Positions 12,019 to 25,589 of a stretch of DNA of 64,000 nucleotides are shown in pieces. The position numbers and the translations under genes were made by a program. The stretch covers positions 147,870,001 through 147,934,000 of the forward strand of contig OZ024742.1 in assembly GCA_964016885.1 (NCBI GenBank), read 5' to 3'. This DNA is from Eledone cirrhosa (Eukaryota). Each line of letters opens with the position of its first letter. The stretch's first letter is position 1. The notes below the pieces were generated by a model, which searched no databases, had not been told where the DNA came from, and saw only the letters and a list, made by a program, of their open reading frames with translations.

Positions 12019-13153
12019 GAGAGTGTTGTGGTTTGCTTGAAGCATTGTGGAATATGAAAACTGGTTAGATTTTGGAAGCTGCTACAATGTAAGTGGGGGT
12101 TGTAAAAAATGATGTTTGATGTTAATATTTACAACCCTATCAGCATTGTAACGGCTTCCAAGACATAACCTATATATATATATATATATATTATATGCAG
12201 GATCAAAGAGAATGATATAACCCCATCTTTTCCTCTTTTCCAATCCGCAAATATTTTTCAAAATTGGAAGGCAACAGCAAACGGTAACAAAAACAAAAAA
12301 AAAAAAAAAGAAGAAAGAAAAATTATACTTGAAAAAATTAACTGAACATCAACAAATATCTATATATGTCTATAAATAATTATCACTTTATGAAAGAAAC
12401 AAAAATACATTTTTACTTACAGGAAAAGTAATCAGCGTTTAAGAAACACAAATAGAGAAATGCACACTCCAAAATCAACTACGACTAACTGCATGTAATG
12501 TGACCTACTTGTAACTGATAAAAAGACTCCACTCCACTTATTATTTTTCCAGAGGAGTGGCCCACAACCTACCACTGGTGAGCTAGCTAGTTAACTTTTA
12601 GATTGGATACAACAAAAAAGTGTTGTATGAGATGAAGTGGAAAAACAATAGCCATACCAAAAATAGTTTTAACTTAATGGGAATATTTCATGTGTAGTTC
12701 TTTTTGCTTCCAGTTATATATATATATGTGTAATAGTAAATTAGAAGCAAAGTAACTACATAAATAAAATAAATAAAACTGTCAAAGCAAAGTGTTGTTT
12801 GCTTTTGTGTCTTATGCCAATAACTATGTCCTGACCTCAATTGACAAGATAAATACTTTTTTTTGGGGGGGAATGCAAACTTAAACCTTATATATTATAT
12901 ATATTCTTTTATTCCTTTACTGGTTTCACTAATTAGATTGTGGTCATGCTGGAGCACTGCCATGAAGGAATTGTGTTGATCATATCGACCCTTAGTATTT
13001 GCATTTTTTAAAAAAGAACAGTAAATGTAAACACACACATTATGGTCTTCCAAATAGTTTCCATTTACCAAATCTCACAAGGTATTGGTCAACCCAAATA
13101 TATAATAGTTGAGACTTGCCTAAGGAATCTGCACAATGAGACTGAACCCGAAA

Positions 13154-13188
<35 letters not shown>

Positions 13189-13309
13189 ATTGAGTACACA
13201 AAAACATGAGAGTAGTGTACAATATAATTACACCAAAGGATTGGAATTGAAAACAAGATATTATTTAGTGTTCATATGTTGGTGAGGTTGGTGGGCAAGT
13301 AATAATTAA

Positions 13310-14578
13310 TTGTTATTATATCTTAACCACCACAGCCCCACACATCCTCTACTACTCTCTCTTCCACACAGACACTCCACACTATTGTTGCCTACCTCCA
13401 GAACTACCACTATCTGAAGTGGAACATTCTCTTCTCGCTAGATATTTAACCCTTTAGCATTTACATTACTCTATATTTACTATTATATTTTCACAGTAAA
13501 CATTTTATCTCACATAATATCGAATTCATGAGATTTTCATATTTATTTTGAGAAAAATACCTTAATATAAGTATGAGCAGCTGATTATGGCAGGTTTGAA
13601 CAGAAAGAGGTGAGAGAATTCTGGCCGGATATGACCAGTTTAAATGCTAAAGGGTTAAGATTCATACCCACCACACCCATATGTGATGATTTCCAACACA
13701 CACTGAGATTGAATGGTTCTTGCATCGTGTCAAGCTCCACACATTCTTCCAGACTGCTTCACAAGTCTTGGCCACCAACCTCTGGCCAGTTCTAGTCTCG
13801 AGTCCTTTGTAGACACTTACTGCCACACCTTGAACCACCATAATTTTCGCAAGTATTCTCGCCACTCCAACCTCACTTGGGGTGAGCTCTCTACAACTTG
13901 CAGCGCCGCAAAGACATTAAATCCACCAATAAAGAAGGCAGTGTGGTGATGTGGCATGTATACATCTACCAGGCTGAGACCTCTGCCAACTTTACAAAAC
14001 CCTTTTTTAATGCCCTCTAAATTCCAATCCCTGCCCATGGCTACCAACAGATCATGTCCTCCACCATTTGCCAACTCATCTTCCCCTCCCACTGCCACTA
14101 ATCTTTTAGTTTGCACACCCCAGACTCCCACCATCTACATTGTCATATATATATATAATTTAGTGTTCATGTGTTGGTATACACACACACACACACACAC
14201 ACACATGAATCCTGATTCACAAGCCCAACAGCCTTGCCTATCCCATCGTTTCCTCTAGAAACTGTCTAATCTCCAAATACTTGGACATTGTCTTTACTCC
14301 TTTTGTAACCAATCTCCCTTCCCATATCCAGGATACTAATCATGCTCTCCGACTCTGTAACTTCTCTTGCTCTTCACGATGGACACCACCTATCTCTATA
14401 TCGTCATCCCTCACAATGACGGCCTCTGCTCCCTCCAACACGTTTTAGATTTATGTCCCAGCCCCTATCCTAGTACTTCTACTCTTCTCTGCCTTGCTGA
14501 GCTCATTCTCACTCAACAGTTTTTCCTTTTCAGGAGAGTATTGCCAACAAGTTTCTGGGGTAGCCATGGGAACTACTG
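13310..14578 (+). mobile_element. Penelope-like element reverse transcriptase, decayed; interrupted by MITE M1 and a (TA)/(CA) tract
   Basis: Remnants across frames: 'IKSTNKEGSVVMW' (cf. IKPADKGGAVVVW), 'PIVS', 'LPSHIQDTNHAL', 'LFTMDTTYLYIVIPHNDGL', 'PSTSTLLCLAELIL' and 'NSFSFSGEYCQQVSGVAMGT', all typical of PLE RTs. Confidence 0.85.
13446..13658. mobile_element. piggyBac-like MITE family M1
   Basis: Perfect TIRs ttaaccctttagcattta / taaatgctaaagggttaa with TTAA on both sides. Confidence 0.88.
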
Positions 14579-14661
14579 TATATTCTTCTTGCTCTTGCTC
14601 AACGACGCCGGAGTTATCTCAGGTGAACAATCCCAAAGCCTCATCGTGCGTAGAACCAAGT

Positions 14662-14934
14662 GGAGGTATGTGGTCTAGTGGTAAAGGTGTTGGACTTACG
14701 ATCATAATGTCATGGGTTCGATTCCTGGGCTGGGATGCATGTGTTCTTGAGCAAAACACTTCATTTCATGTTGCTCCAGCATACTCAGCTGAAAATGAGT
14801 ATCAGCAATAGCTGGGGGTTTAACCCTGCGATGGACTAGCACCCTGCCCAGGAGGAAGTCTTGTACTCTCAGTTGCTTCATGCCATGAAGCCAGGATAAG
14901 CACCAGCCTAACGAGCCTTCTAGTTTAAGACAGA
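14662..14934 (+). mobile_element. tRNA-derived SINE (V/CORE-like central domain)
   Basis: A-box tggtctagtgg, B-box gggttcgattcc, followed by cttgagcaaaacact and ccctgcgatggactagcaccc. Confidence 0.7.
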
Positions 14935-14942
14935 CTTTAGAC

Positions 14943-15147
14943 CAGGCATGTCAAACATGCGGCCCGCAGGCTACTGCAACCCTATACAAGCACACCTGCT
15001 GTCCACAAAGGTTTTTACAGCGCAAGTGTGATATAAAATAAAATATATCAATTGTAATGTGCGCAATTAGTTGTCATATGTGGCCCTTAGACAACACACA
15101 TGTGACTCATGTGGCTCTCGGGGGGGACCCTCAGTTTGACATGTCTG
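14943..15147. mobile_element. hAT (Charlie-like) MITE with 8-bp TSD
   Basis: TIRs CAGGCATGTCAAAC / GTTTGACATGTCTG; perfect TSD CTTTAGAC at 14935-14942 and 15148-15155. Confidence 0.9.
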
Positions 15148-15224
15148 CTTTAGACTATATACATACACTGTGTTATTTATTTTTCCCAGACAGTAATCTT
15201 GCAAACAAATACTGTCCACACCCT

Positions 15225-15565
15225 AGGCACATGGCTTAGTGGTTAGGGCATTGGCCTTGCAATCGAAAGGTTGTGAGTTCAATTCTCAGACCGGGTGATG
15301 TGTTGTTTCCTTGAGCAAGACACTTTATTTCACATTGCTCCAGTTTTCTCAGCTGTAGAAATGAGATGATAGGGACTAGGGTCCATATCATTCCACTGCA
15401 AAGTGGTCATGGAGGTGCCATGGCAAAAAAGCACCCAGCACTCACTGTAAATGAGGTTGGTGTTAGGAAGGGCATCCAGCTGTAGAAATCAAGCCAAAAT
15501 CAGTTCCCGTCCCACCCTTGCAAGCAGGGAAAAAGTGGACGTAAAATGAAATGATGAAATGATGA
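15225..15565 (+). mobile_element. SINE family B
   Basis: Near-identical to 48797-49143; ends in (GAT/GAAAT)n. Confidence 0.9.
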
Positions 15566-17035
15566 TATACATACATACATACATATGGAGAGATTACGAC
15601 ATTTATTTTACATACATATGGAGAGATTACCACATTTATTTTAGCTCACTCACTCAATGAGATAAGTGTGCAGCTGATTGGCTACATGTTCCATTACAGA
15701 ACAGAGCGCACAAAAATAGTTGAGAGAGAGAGAGAGAGTTATATATATATATGGAAGATAGACGTTAAACGATGATGATAAATATATATAGTGAAAGATT
15801 GAAGAATAACATGGTTGGCTGTACAACAAGGGGCTTTATTCTTCAATCTTTCACTATTATTACTCCAAGTATAACCTGCATAGGAATTCTCGTGAGCTCG
15901 CTGCCAAACTATGGAAACATCTTGTTGAGTCAAACAAAGCCGTACGTTAAAATAGAGTGAATATAGAAAGAAACATAACTAGGATTAGCTAGTTGATAGG
16001 CCAAGAATAGGTTGTAACACAAAGCAATGATGATAGATTTTAAAAAAGCCATAGGCTTTAAATAAAAGAACAAAACAGTCTGGAAAGACAATCTATATTT
16101 AGTAAGAGAATAACAACAACAATGCAATCTTTTTTCTCTTCCTCTTTTTGTTTTAAACTGCTGAATATGTGTGTCTATCACAGAGGAATTAAAATCCCCA
16201 GAGACTAGCGATTTCAGAATCTCTGAAATTAGTAGAATCACCAGGGGAGAATACACAAGTCCACATGAGTCAATCATATATGATTGCTTGAGCTTCTAGA
16301 AATACACAGTCTTTAAAAAAGGAAGGATACAATTGTTAATATAATTTAAGATATACTATGCCTGAAAATAAGGGAATGTCCAGTGAGAGGTCAGCTCAAT
16401 CAGAGCTGCCTTAGGGCTAGTCAACAACAACAGCAAAATCACTAATCCACAAAAAGATTTAAATTAGGCTCTGCCAGCTAATGAAACACTTGTGAATTAG
16501 TCAATGCACGTGAAAGCAGAGAACAAAACCTACAATGGTACCCATTTACAAATGTGCAGAGAGGCAGTGATGGTTGAAAGTTTTGGCAAAGAGCACTGTA
16601 CAAATGGAATATGAATTGTTACTCAATAAAATAGCATTGACTAAAAATAGCCAAGAGTATTCTACAAACACTTTTATGCATACCAAAAATACTTGTCCCA
16701 TTTATCTTTTTACATCTGGTTGGACAGATTGTTAGTCTGAGACTAGATGGGTCAGAGGACTCTGCCTAGCTCAAACATTCCATTTTAGCATGGTTTCTAT
16801 GGCTAAATGCTCTTTTTTTTTACCCTAACCACTTTACAGAGTGTACAGGGTGCATTTTATCATAGTATTAGCACTACCACTAATAGAGGAAACTGCACTT
16901 GTCCCAATAATCTTCTCACCAGTAAACAGTCATGTGACCTTAATTGGACAGTTCTTTTCACTTCCAAATACTATTCTAGAGTAGCAGGAATTATTTGGCT
17001 ATGATGATGATGATGATGAATGTATGTCATTACTC

Positions 17036-17250
17036 TAACCCTTTAGCATTTAAACCAAGTGTATTCATCCAAAATTCTTTCACCTCTTTCAGTTAAAACC
17101 AGCCATAACTGGCTGCTCATACTTATGTTAAGGTGTTGTTCCCAAAATGAATAATATCAAAATCTCATAGATTCGATATTATGTGAGATAAAGTATTTAC
17201 TGTGAAAATACAACAGTATGTATAGAGAAATGTAAATGCTAAAGAGTTAA
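17036..17250. mobile_element. piggyBac-like MITE family M1
   Basis: taaccctttagcatttaaac ... taaatgctaaagagttaa. Confidence 0.8.
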
Positions 17251-18992
17251 AGAAACCCACCAAAGGAAACTATCCTGAAATTATTCGGCAGGAAAGACAT
17301 GGTTAAACATTGAGAGCTACGCTAAAGGTGACCTATCTTAAAGAGTAACCATTTTAAAAGATATCCGATATAATGGGGTCTGTACATGGTCACTAACTTT
17401 GTTAGAAACTGCAGTCAAATATTCCTCCAATAACAGCCTTCTTTTTCTAAAAATACGGGATGATATAGAGCATAATGTGGACCAACAAGCACAATATATG
17501 AAGAAAAAGAGGATGGTCGTGGCTGGAATGTCTTTTCACCATCTGTCTGTTCAATCAAGGCCTATTAAACAACTGATATATGAAAGATATAGCTTGCTAT
17601 CTTGTAAATCTTCCTCTCTAGTGCTCATAATGTGTAACATACACCCAGTTCAAGCTGCTAGTAATTAATGATACACATAGGAATAGTATCTAGTTATAAA
17701 ACCATGCCAAATTAAGCATATGATAGGGATGACGATGATATATGTTGGTTGAGCTCTTAACAGTTGTTCAATATATAATTTGATTGCAAAGGGTCTGGAG
17801 CTTCAGCTGTGTTGAAGACATGGTGACCTCTCTACTATTGACTCATGATAAAATGTACCCAGTGCACTCTGTAGAGTGAGGAACATATGTAAATGATAGT
17901 GAGTTTCCTGCTCATCTGAGAGGTCAGTACCTCCATGTAAGTATTGTGATAACTCATCCAACCCCAAGCAAGAGAAACGAATGTTAAATGATGGTGGTGA
18001 TGATGATGATGATTATATTCTATTGGATTTGAAACACTGTTTGTAAAAAATAAAACAAATAAAATTATTAACATTATTCTAAATTAATTTCTGGTTGAAA
18101 TTCAATATAGGCAGTGTATTAACAGAGTTGATAGAGCATCAGTTTAAATGCTTTAAAGTATGTTTCTGGTTCTCTACTCTGTGTTCAAATCCAACAGAAA
18201 TCAATTTTATGCCTTTCATCCTTTTGGAAATAAAGTATCATTGGTGGATTGGCAGAAATGGTAAGCATGTCTGACAGGATGCCTTGTAATACTCGTTTCA
18301 GCTCTGTGTTCTGAGTTCAAATCCTATTTCATCATTGGAAAAATAGAAATATGATAGGACTTATTGTTAAAACACTATTGAAACATCCTCTAGGATGCAA
18401 CTTCAAAGATGGCTGGCAAAACCTGTATAACTGAGTTGTAACAATAACAAATCCACTTCACTCGCACATCTAAACGTGAGAAAAGTATTCTTGTTTGCCT
18501 ATGGGTATGTGGTAGCATACTGAAATAAGAAATCAATTTATTCAAAGATTTATATAGATTAGAGATATATAAATGCAAAATATTGACTAGTAAAAGTTTT
18601 CTGAAATATCATATACACCTATCTTAGATTTGTGGGATTTTTCATCTTTTAAAAATAAATAAGTATACACACACACACACATGATGATTATAGTAACTGG
18701 CCTTGGTGGTCATGTAGGTATCATGACAAAAAGCACACAGTCCACACTGTAAATGTGGTTGGTTATATGGCTACAGATTAAAACAATTGCAACAATGAAA
18801 CACTATCTAAAACTTAAGTAGGAGGCTAATGAAAATGCAACTAAGAGTTAATTGAATAAGATTAATGCCATTGGGCAGTACTATTTAAGCATGACTAAAT
18901 AAGTTGAAAATTGTACAAGATTTAATTAAAGAAGCCTCTTTGAAATACACAATATAAATAATGCGCTCTTAACTTACTTTCTGATTTAAAAT

Positions 18993-19165
18993 ATAATTGT
19001 TTCTACGTTAGGCACAAGGCCAGCAATTACCCAGTGCATTACTGGTACTTTATTTTATCGACCCCGTAAGGATGAAAGGCAAAGTTAACCTTGGCGGGAT
19101 TTGAACTCAGAATGGCAAGGGTCGTAACTCTATACGTCAAAGCATGGCGTCCACCCCTCTACCAA
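18993..19165 (-). mobile_element. SINE family A (short, young subtype)
   Basis: Nearly identical to 42212-42372. Confidence 0.85.
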
Positions 19166-19689
19166 TACACTATTATAAAAGAAGAGCTGTTTCTCTGTCT
19201 GTCTGTTCATCACACACATGTATATATATAATACATATAGTTTTATTTTTTGGAAGGGCATCTAACCGTAGAAACTAAGCCAAAATCAGTTTCTGCGTGA
19301 GCAAATCATGGTCCCCCAATCTGATCTCTCACATAGGGATAGTCCATCCTAGCTGAGCTAGCGTGGAAAATGGATGTTAAATGCTGATGATGAGTATATA
19401 TACTCATATTTGGGGATGATCATGTTGTCAATATTTCCAATAAAAAGAAACATGCACCATGATTTTCACTTTATTGCTAATTATTCGTTTGACAAAGTGT
19501 TTTTGTCACACATTCTGTGATCTCCTTAATGACTCCACCTTGTCTTTTATTTATATCAATCATTCATTTTCTAAGTCAAAATAATTTCAAAACTGTCAAG
19601 CACATTGACTATGTGAATATGTCAAAATATTCTGAAATGATTTACAATCAAAGAATTAAAAGAGAAAATATAACCAAAACAAACCAAAT

Positions 19690-19910
19690 GGATGGGATCC
19701 ATGGAAAAAGAACCAAGAAAGATGAGGGCAGAGGTAGTGAAAGCTGATCTCAAGAAACTGAACCTCACATACGAGATGACAAACAAAAGAAACAAGTGGA
19801 GAGATGCAGTAACGGGGAGAACTCATCTAACCCATATAAGCACGGAAAGTCCTACCCATGCTAGCATGGAAAGTGATGAAAGACAGACATAAAATAAATG
19901 AAGATGATGA
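19690..19910 (+). mobile_element. RTE LINE 3' end fragment
   Basis: 'PRK...EVVKADLKKLNLT.EMT..RNKWR' followed by an agcatggaaag...gatgatga tail. Confidence 0.65.
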
Positions 19911-20462
19911 ACACAGTCTGATAATAATTAATCATACAAATTATTCTAAGAGTAACAGTTGAGGATTGAAACACCCAATGTACACTGAACACTGATGACA
20001 TCAACATCTGGCTACAGCTATGTTCACCAAAGGTGAATGGATGTGAGACATTTTCTTGCCGATGATATTATGCCTATAAGTGCCCGGCAGATGCCTTTAT
20101 TCTGGGTTCACATTCTTCACCATAAAACAACAATGCTGATTGAATACATAAAACAGCAATGCTGATTGAATACATAAAACAACAATGTTAACATTTAGTT
20201 GCTATAGTTACTTATTACATTGAAATGTCAGGTGTCACATGTAGGAGGAATATGGCTACAGATTAAAACAATTGCAACAATGAAACACTATCTAAAACTT
20301 AAGTAGGAGGATAATGAAAATACTACTAAGAGTTAGGTGAATAACATTAATGCCATTTGGCAGTACTATTTAAACATGACTAAATAAGTTGAAAAATGTA
20401 CAAGATTTAATTAAAGAAGCCTCTTTGAAATACACAATATAAACAATGCGCTAAAAATATAA

Positions 20463-21028
20463 TCTATATTATAAAAGAAGAGCTGTTTCTCTGTCTGTCT
20501 GTCCATCACACATATGTATATATATAATACATATAGTTTTATTTTTTGGTTGTTTATGCATATGTGTATTTGTGTGTTTGTTTTTGTATGTCCTTCACCA
20601 TATAGCATGGAACACAGACTTTAAAAAAAAAAGACTCCCTATAATCACTGGTTGTTGTTATTGAGAGAGAAATAGAGTGAGATAGATAGAATTCAAATTT
20701 GTTTCAATAAAAAAAACAAAAACAGGTTATTGTTATTAAGAGAGAGTGTGAGTGTGTGCATGTGTGTGAAAGATAGCTAGAGGGCATTGTCACCATAGTA
20801 ACTAACAAGTTTTTGTTGAAAAACGGAGAGGGTAGGAGATTTTAAGTGAGAGTTTGTCAACGTGTGTGTGATTTTGTATGTCCTTCAACATATAGACAAT
20901 GCAACAGAGACTTCAGAGAAAGACCATGACATTTGTCTGGCACACTTACATGTATATATAATATAGTTAATTTTTTGGTTGTTTGTGTGTGTATTTTACA
21001 GGCAGCTTAGCGATGGGTAACAACCTAG
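20463..21028 (+). mobile_element. Non-autonomous Helitron
   Basis: 5' end A|TCTATATTATAAAAGAAGAG...(GTCT)n and 3' end gcgatgggtaacaacCTAG|T. It sits between A and T with no TSD and has internal direct repeats. The subterminal hairpin is not clear. Confidence 0.65.
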
Positions 21029-21268
21029 TAGTAATAATAATAATGATTAAGCATGAAAGTGAGATTTCTTAAGTCTTGGCACAATGCCCTTTCTTTGTAT
21101 GAAGAGGGGATATCGTTGAGTAGAAAATGTCCCATCAGTCTCTGTGGTGTGTGCACATGTGATGTTTTGTTTATTGATCCCTGAAAGTTGAAAGGCAATG
21201 GACATACATACACAATGTGCTTGGCAATCTTTAAATTATTTTGACTTAGAAAACAAATGATTAATATA

Positions 21269-21735
21269 CAGTGATACCTCGCAGTATGAGTTTAATTCAT
21301 TCCATGACTGAGCTCGTTTTACAATTTACTCGTTTTATAAATCAATTTTCCCTATTGAAATTAATTAAAATATAAATAATCCTTTCCAGGCCCCCACAAC
21401 CACCTAAAAATAATTTTTTATGGGTTTTAAAACAGAAAAGGTGCAGTTATTATAAAATAATAGTAAAAAAAACTGTGCAAAACTAAAAAAAAAAAACCAA
21501 AACACTGGAAAAACAATAGGGATGCTGCCACGAGATAAACACGTGAACTAAGCGAGTGGAGGCTGCGCTTGTTGGGAGAGCATGTTGGATCTCAGTGCAT
21601 ACTAGAAGTTGCTTGTATGAAACTCGCTTGTACTGCGGATTTCCATTCATACTACAAGACAAAAATTTGCACAAGCCTCGGCTCGTACAATAAATTACTT
21701 GTACAATAGGGCACTCATACTGCGAAGTTCTACTG
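21269..21735. mobile_element. Tigger/pogo-type MITE
   Basis: TA|CAGTGATACCTCGCAGTATGAGT ... ACTCATACTGCGAAGTTCTACTG|TA: imperfect 23-bp TIRs and a TA TSD. Confidence 0.85.
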
Positions 21736-23779
21736 TATATAAAAGACAAGATGGAGTAGAAGTTTAAGACCAGAAAGGGGAAGCACAATAGAGAACAGAT
21801 AATCATTGAGGAGGTCACAGAATGAGTGACGAAACAGTTTGTTTCCTGAATTCATTCACAGGGCCGTGGCCATAGTTGAAGACAACTAGCTCAAGGTGCC
21901 TTGCTGTAGGACTGAACCTAAATCAACATAGTTCTAAAATGAATTTAATTACACAACATATACTTGTGCATATATATTGATTGAAATAACAAAAATGGTC
22001 CAAGGGTAATTAAGCTTAAATGTGACAAAACAATTCATGAGTTCTACCATTTGTACCAGCTCATCTACACATGATACATCATCACCATTTTATATTTGCT
22101 TTCAATGCTGGCATGGGTTGGACAAATTGTCATGGCCCAAGTCTAGACAGGTCCGAGACACCTCATATGTTCCACATCAGGCAGTTTCTACAGTGGGATG
22201 CCTTTCTTAACACCAACCAACCAACTTACAGGATGTATTGTAGCACCAGCATTACCATTTTACAGAGTGTACAGGGTGCATTTTTATCGTGGCACCAGTA
22301 CTAGAGAGGTCATATATGTAGCCAGACTGAAGTGACCTCTCTGCTTTATAGCCAGGTAATACATAGATTTGAAATTAACCTAATTGACATTTAACCTCAA
22401 ATTCTGTCAACTTTAACCCTTTTCATAATGAAACTGCTTGAAACTCCCTTCAGTTCATAACTTTATATAAGATCCTTTAAGTTATGCCTCAATCAAATCA
22501 CTAGCATAATAATGAGAAAGTCAGTTATATTACAAAATTCATCCAAATCCTTGATTGAAAATGATTTGAAAAGCATAGACAATGTCTTTTATTAGAAATA
22601 TGGCAATGAAAAATTAAAACAATATTTAAAAAAATGTTTGGACAATTGAAACGTGTCTAAGTAGGAGCTACTAGAAATAGTAGCCATAGAGTCTAGCATT
22701 AAAGGGTTAGAGATTATCAGAACTGACTGGTATGAAACAAATAGTCCATTGGAAAGAAATACAATCAACACTTCATCCATTTGAGCTTAAAATACATTAC
22801 TACTACAAAAGAAACTTGCAAGTCCAAGTACATACAAAGCCTATAACTGGTGGTAGTGTTGTGGTAGGAGTAATAGTAATAGCAGCAACAGCAGCAAAGT
22901 TCTATTATCTCGGAAGTCTAATCAATAGAGGAAATAAGACCAGTTATAATACAGAATGAATGATCTTAGGTGGTTCAAAAACATTTCAGTATTATATTTT
23001 AAACAAAGACATGTAAGTTTGTTTTATAGAATAATATCTAAGATATATACATTTGAAATATAAAGAAATAAGTTAATCAGCAAAAAAATAAAATAAAATA
23101 AATAAGTAATTATGTCCAGAAAGACAACTGGAAAACACAGCACACCTTTAAAGTGAGCAAAGTGAACTTGAAGGTTAAATGGTTGAAAAGTAAGGGCATT
23201 AAACTATCTATTGGGAAAGATAGCATCATTTTTACAGATTTTTCCATGCTGGCATGGGCTGGGTGGCAATTTTTAGAGAAATGTTTCACAGCCAGATGCC
23301 TTCCTGGATCCATGTATATATATATATATATATCCTTCAAACATAGCTTTATTACAATTTAGAGAAGAAACCACATAGTTATTCTGTTCATAAAAGTATG
23401 GATTATGGCCCAGGTATAATAATAATAATAATAATAATAAAGACTCACCACAGTAAAATTGATTTCCAGAATAAAGAACAAAATGTTAGCGCTAACATGA
23501 ACTTTTAGAAAGTTCCTAATATCAGCTGAACAGCTGGTGGTAGAAACTGTAGAGGCTTTTCGTGGGTTATATGTCTGTCTGTGTAAGCATACAACTAACA
23601 GCAGACTGCTAAAAATGGCAGTATACAGCTATTTATCTTGGTTAATAAGTAGAACGAGTAACTTATAAGTAATAGATCCCTTCAAGCAACAATTCTGTTA
23701 GTAGTTGCCAAAACATTCTCTCTCACACATACAGACACATACATATATTCATTCATACATAGACAAACGGACAGACAGA

Positions 23780-23928
<149 letters not shown>

Positions 23929-24300
23929 TAATAAGAGAGTGTGACTAAATGATAACATAACTCCTACTCTACACATGGGCACCATTCACAGATGTAAACA
24001 GTTACTGCTAGTGGATTTTGTGGAGGTGGAGATGTAGAGAAAACTGACAGGAAGTAGATTGAATAAGTTGAAAAACAAAAACAGACGGATCGGATCAACG
24101 TTATTCCTAAGAGCAAGGATGTACATTTCATAATAAAAATTTATAAAATAGATACAAATTATATATAAATACATATCATTTTTATGTCAACTTTTCCATG
24201 CTGGCATTGGTTGGATGGGGCATTTTGAGGACATGATTTACAGCTGGATGCCCTTCCTGACACAGGGATACACATGGCCTGACATATATATATGTGTGTA

Positions 24301-24626
24301 TCATCATCATTTTACATCCGCTTTTCCCTGCTTGCAAGGGTGGGACGGGAACTGATTCTGGCTTGGTTTCTACAGCTGGATGCCCTTCCTAACACCAACC
24401 TCATTTACAGTGAGTGTTGGGTGCTTTTTTGCCGTGGCACCTCTATGACCACTTTGCAGTGGAATGATAGGGACCCCAGTCCCTATCATCTCATTTCTAC
24501 AGCTGAGTAAACTGGAGCAATGTGAAATAGTGTCTTGCTCAAGGAAACAACACATCACCCGGTCTGAGAATTGAACTCACAACCTTTCGATTGCAAGACT
24601 AATGCTCTAACCACTAAGCCATGTGC
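24301..24626 (-). mobile_element. SINE family B
   Basis: Reverse complement of the family B consensus. Confidence 0.9.
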
Positions 24627-25589
24627 ATGCATGTATATCATTATTGTTGTTATTATTATTGTTATTATTATTATTATTGTTATTAATATGTGTGTGTGTA
24701 TATGTATGTGTGTATGTGTATATATATATATTTCTTTTTTTTATTTTTATTTTATTTTTTATTTATTTATTAATTTTTTTTTTTTCTCCTCGTGCAATGG
24801 CCATACTCGATAACGAGGGGGCAGCCATCATGTATGTATGAGGTATCCCAAAAAATTAATACACACTTTGATTAGAATGCTGTTGAAGTGTGTATACATT
24901 TCTTTGGAACACTGTGTGTGTGTGTGTACACACACACATTATATATATATATACATCATCATCATCATCATCATATGTCCGCTTTTCCCTGCTTGCAAGG
25001 GTGGGACAGGTCCTATTCAGCACAGTATCTCGCCACTTGTCACGGGTCATCTACTCCGTGAGCTTCAGCAATCTGAGGTGTGCTCTCACCACCTCGGCCC
25101 ATGTTTTTCATGGTCTTCCTCTACTGCGTCTTCTTTCAACTTTTTTTAAAACTGCCTGGCCTGTTTTTCCATATTCTCCCTTCTTACCTTTTCTAAGCCT
25201 CGGTGTCTTTCTTTGTCTGCACATTGGATAACTGTCCTTATTGCTTTCTGTTTTACTATTTCTCTCCTTTCCATATTTTTGTCTTTGGCTAACTCTTGTG
25301 CACTCTACATTTGTGTAAAGGCATAACTTGTCTCTACCTGTTTTGTTATGTCCCAATGTGGACTGGAATGAATAGTATCGACTTTAATGTACTGAAATTG
25401 TAGTGATTTCCAAAGGTTGACTGAGAAGATGAGACTGTCCGTCTCTCCGTTGATTTTTTCCATTGTTGTGTGCTCCCTGTCTTGAATAATTTATATATAT
25501 AATTCATCCTCATCCTTTAACAGACATTTTCTCTGCTTGCAATTGTTGGACGAGTTGTTACAGACCAAGTCAGTTCTTAGTGTTATTGA

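Noticed and set aside
11612-12057. Several ORFs of 90-140 aa rich in C/V/Y/I/H/T (also near 23682-23985, 36035-36396, 47036-47324, 49037-49443 and 52336-52758)
   Set aside because: Translations of (TA)/(CA) microsatellites, which lack stop codons; not genes.
12421-12600. Minus-strand donor-like site (cct|gtaagt at 12420) suggesting an extra exon
   Set aside because: The upstream ATG frame ends in a stop before the donor. It could be a UTR exon, but this cannot be supported without transcripts.
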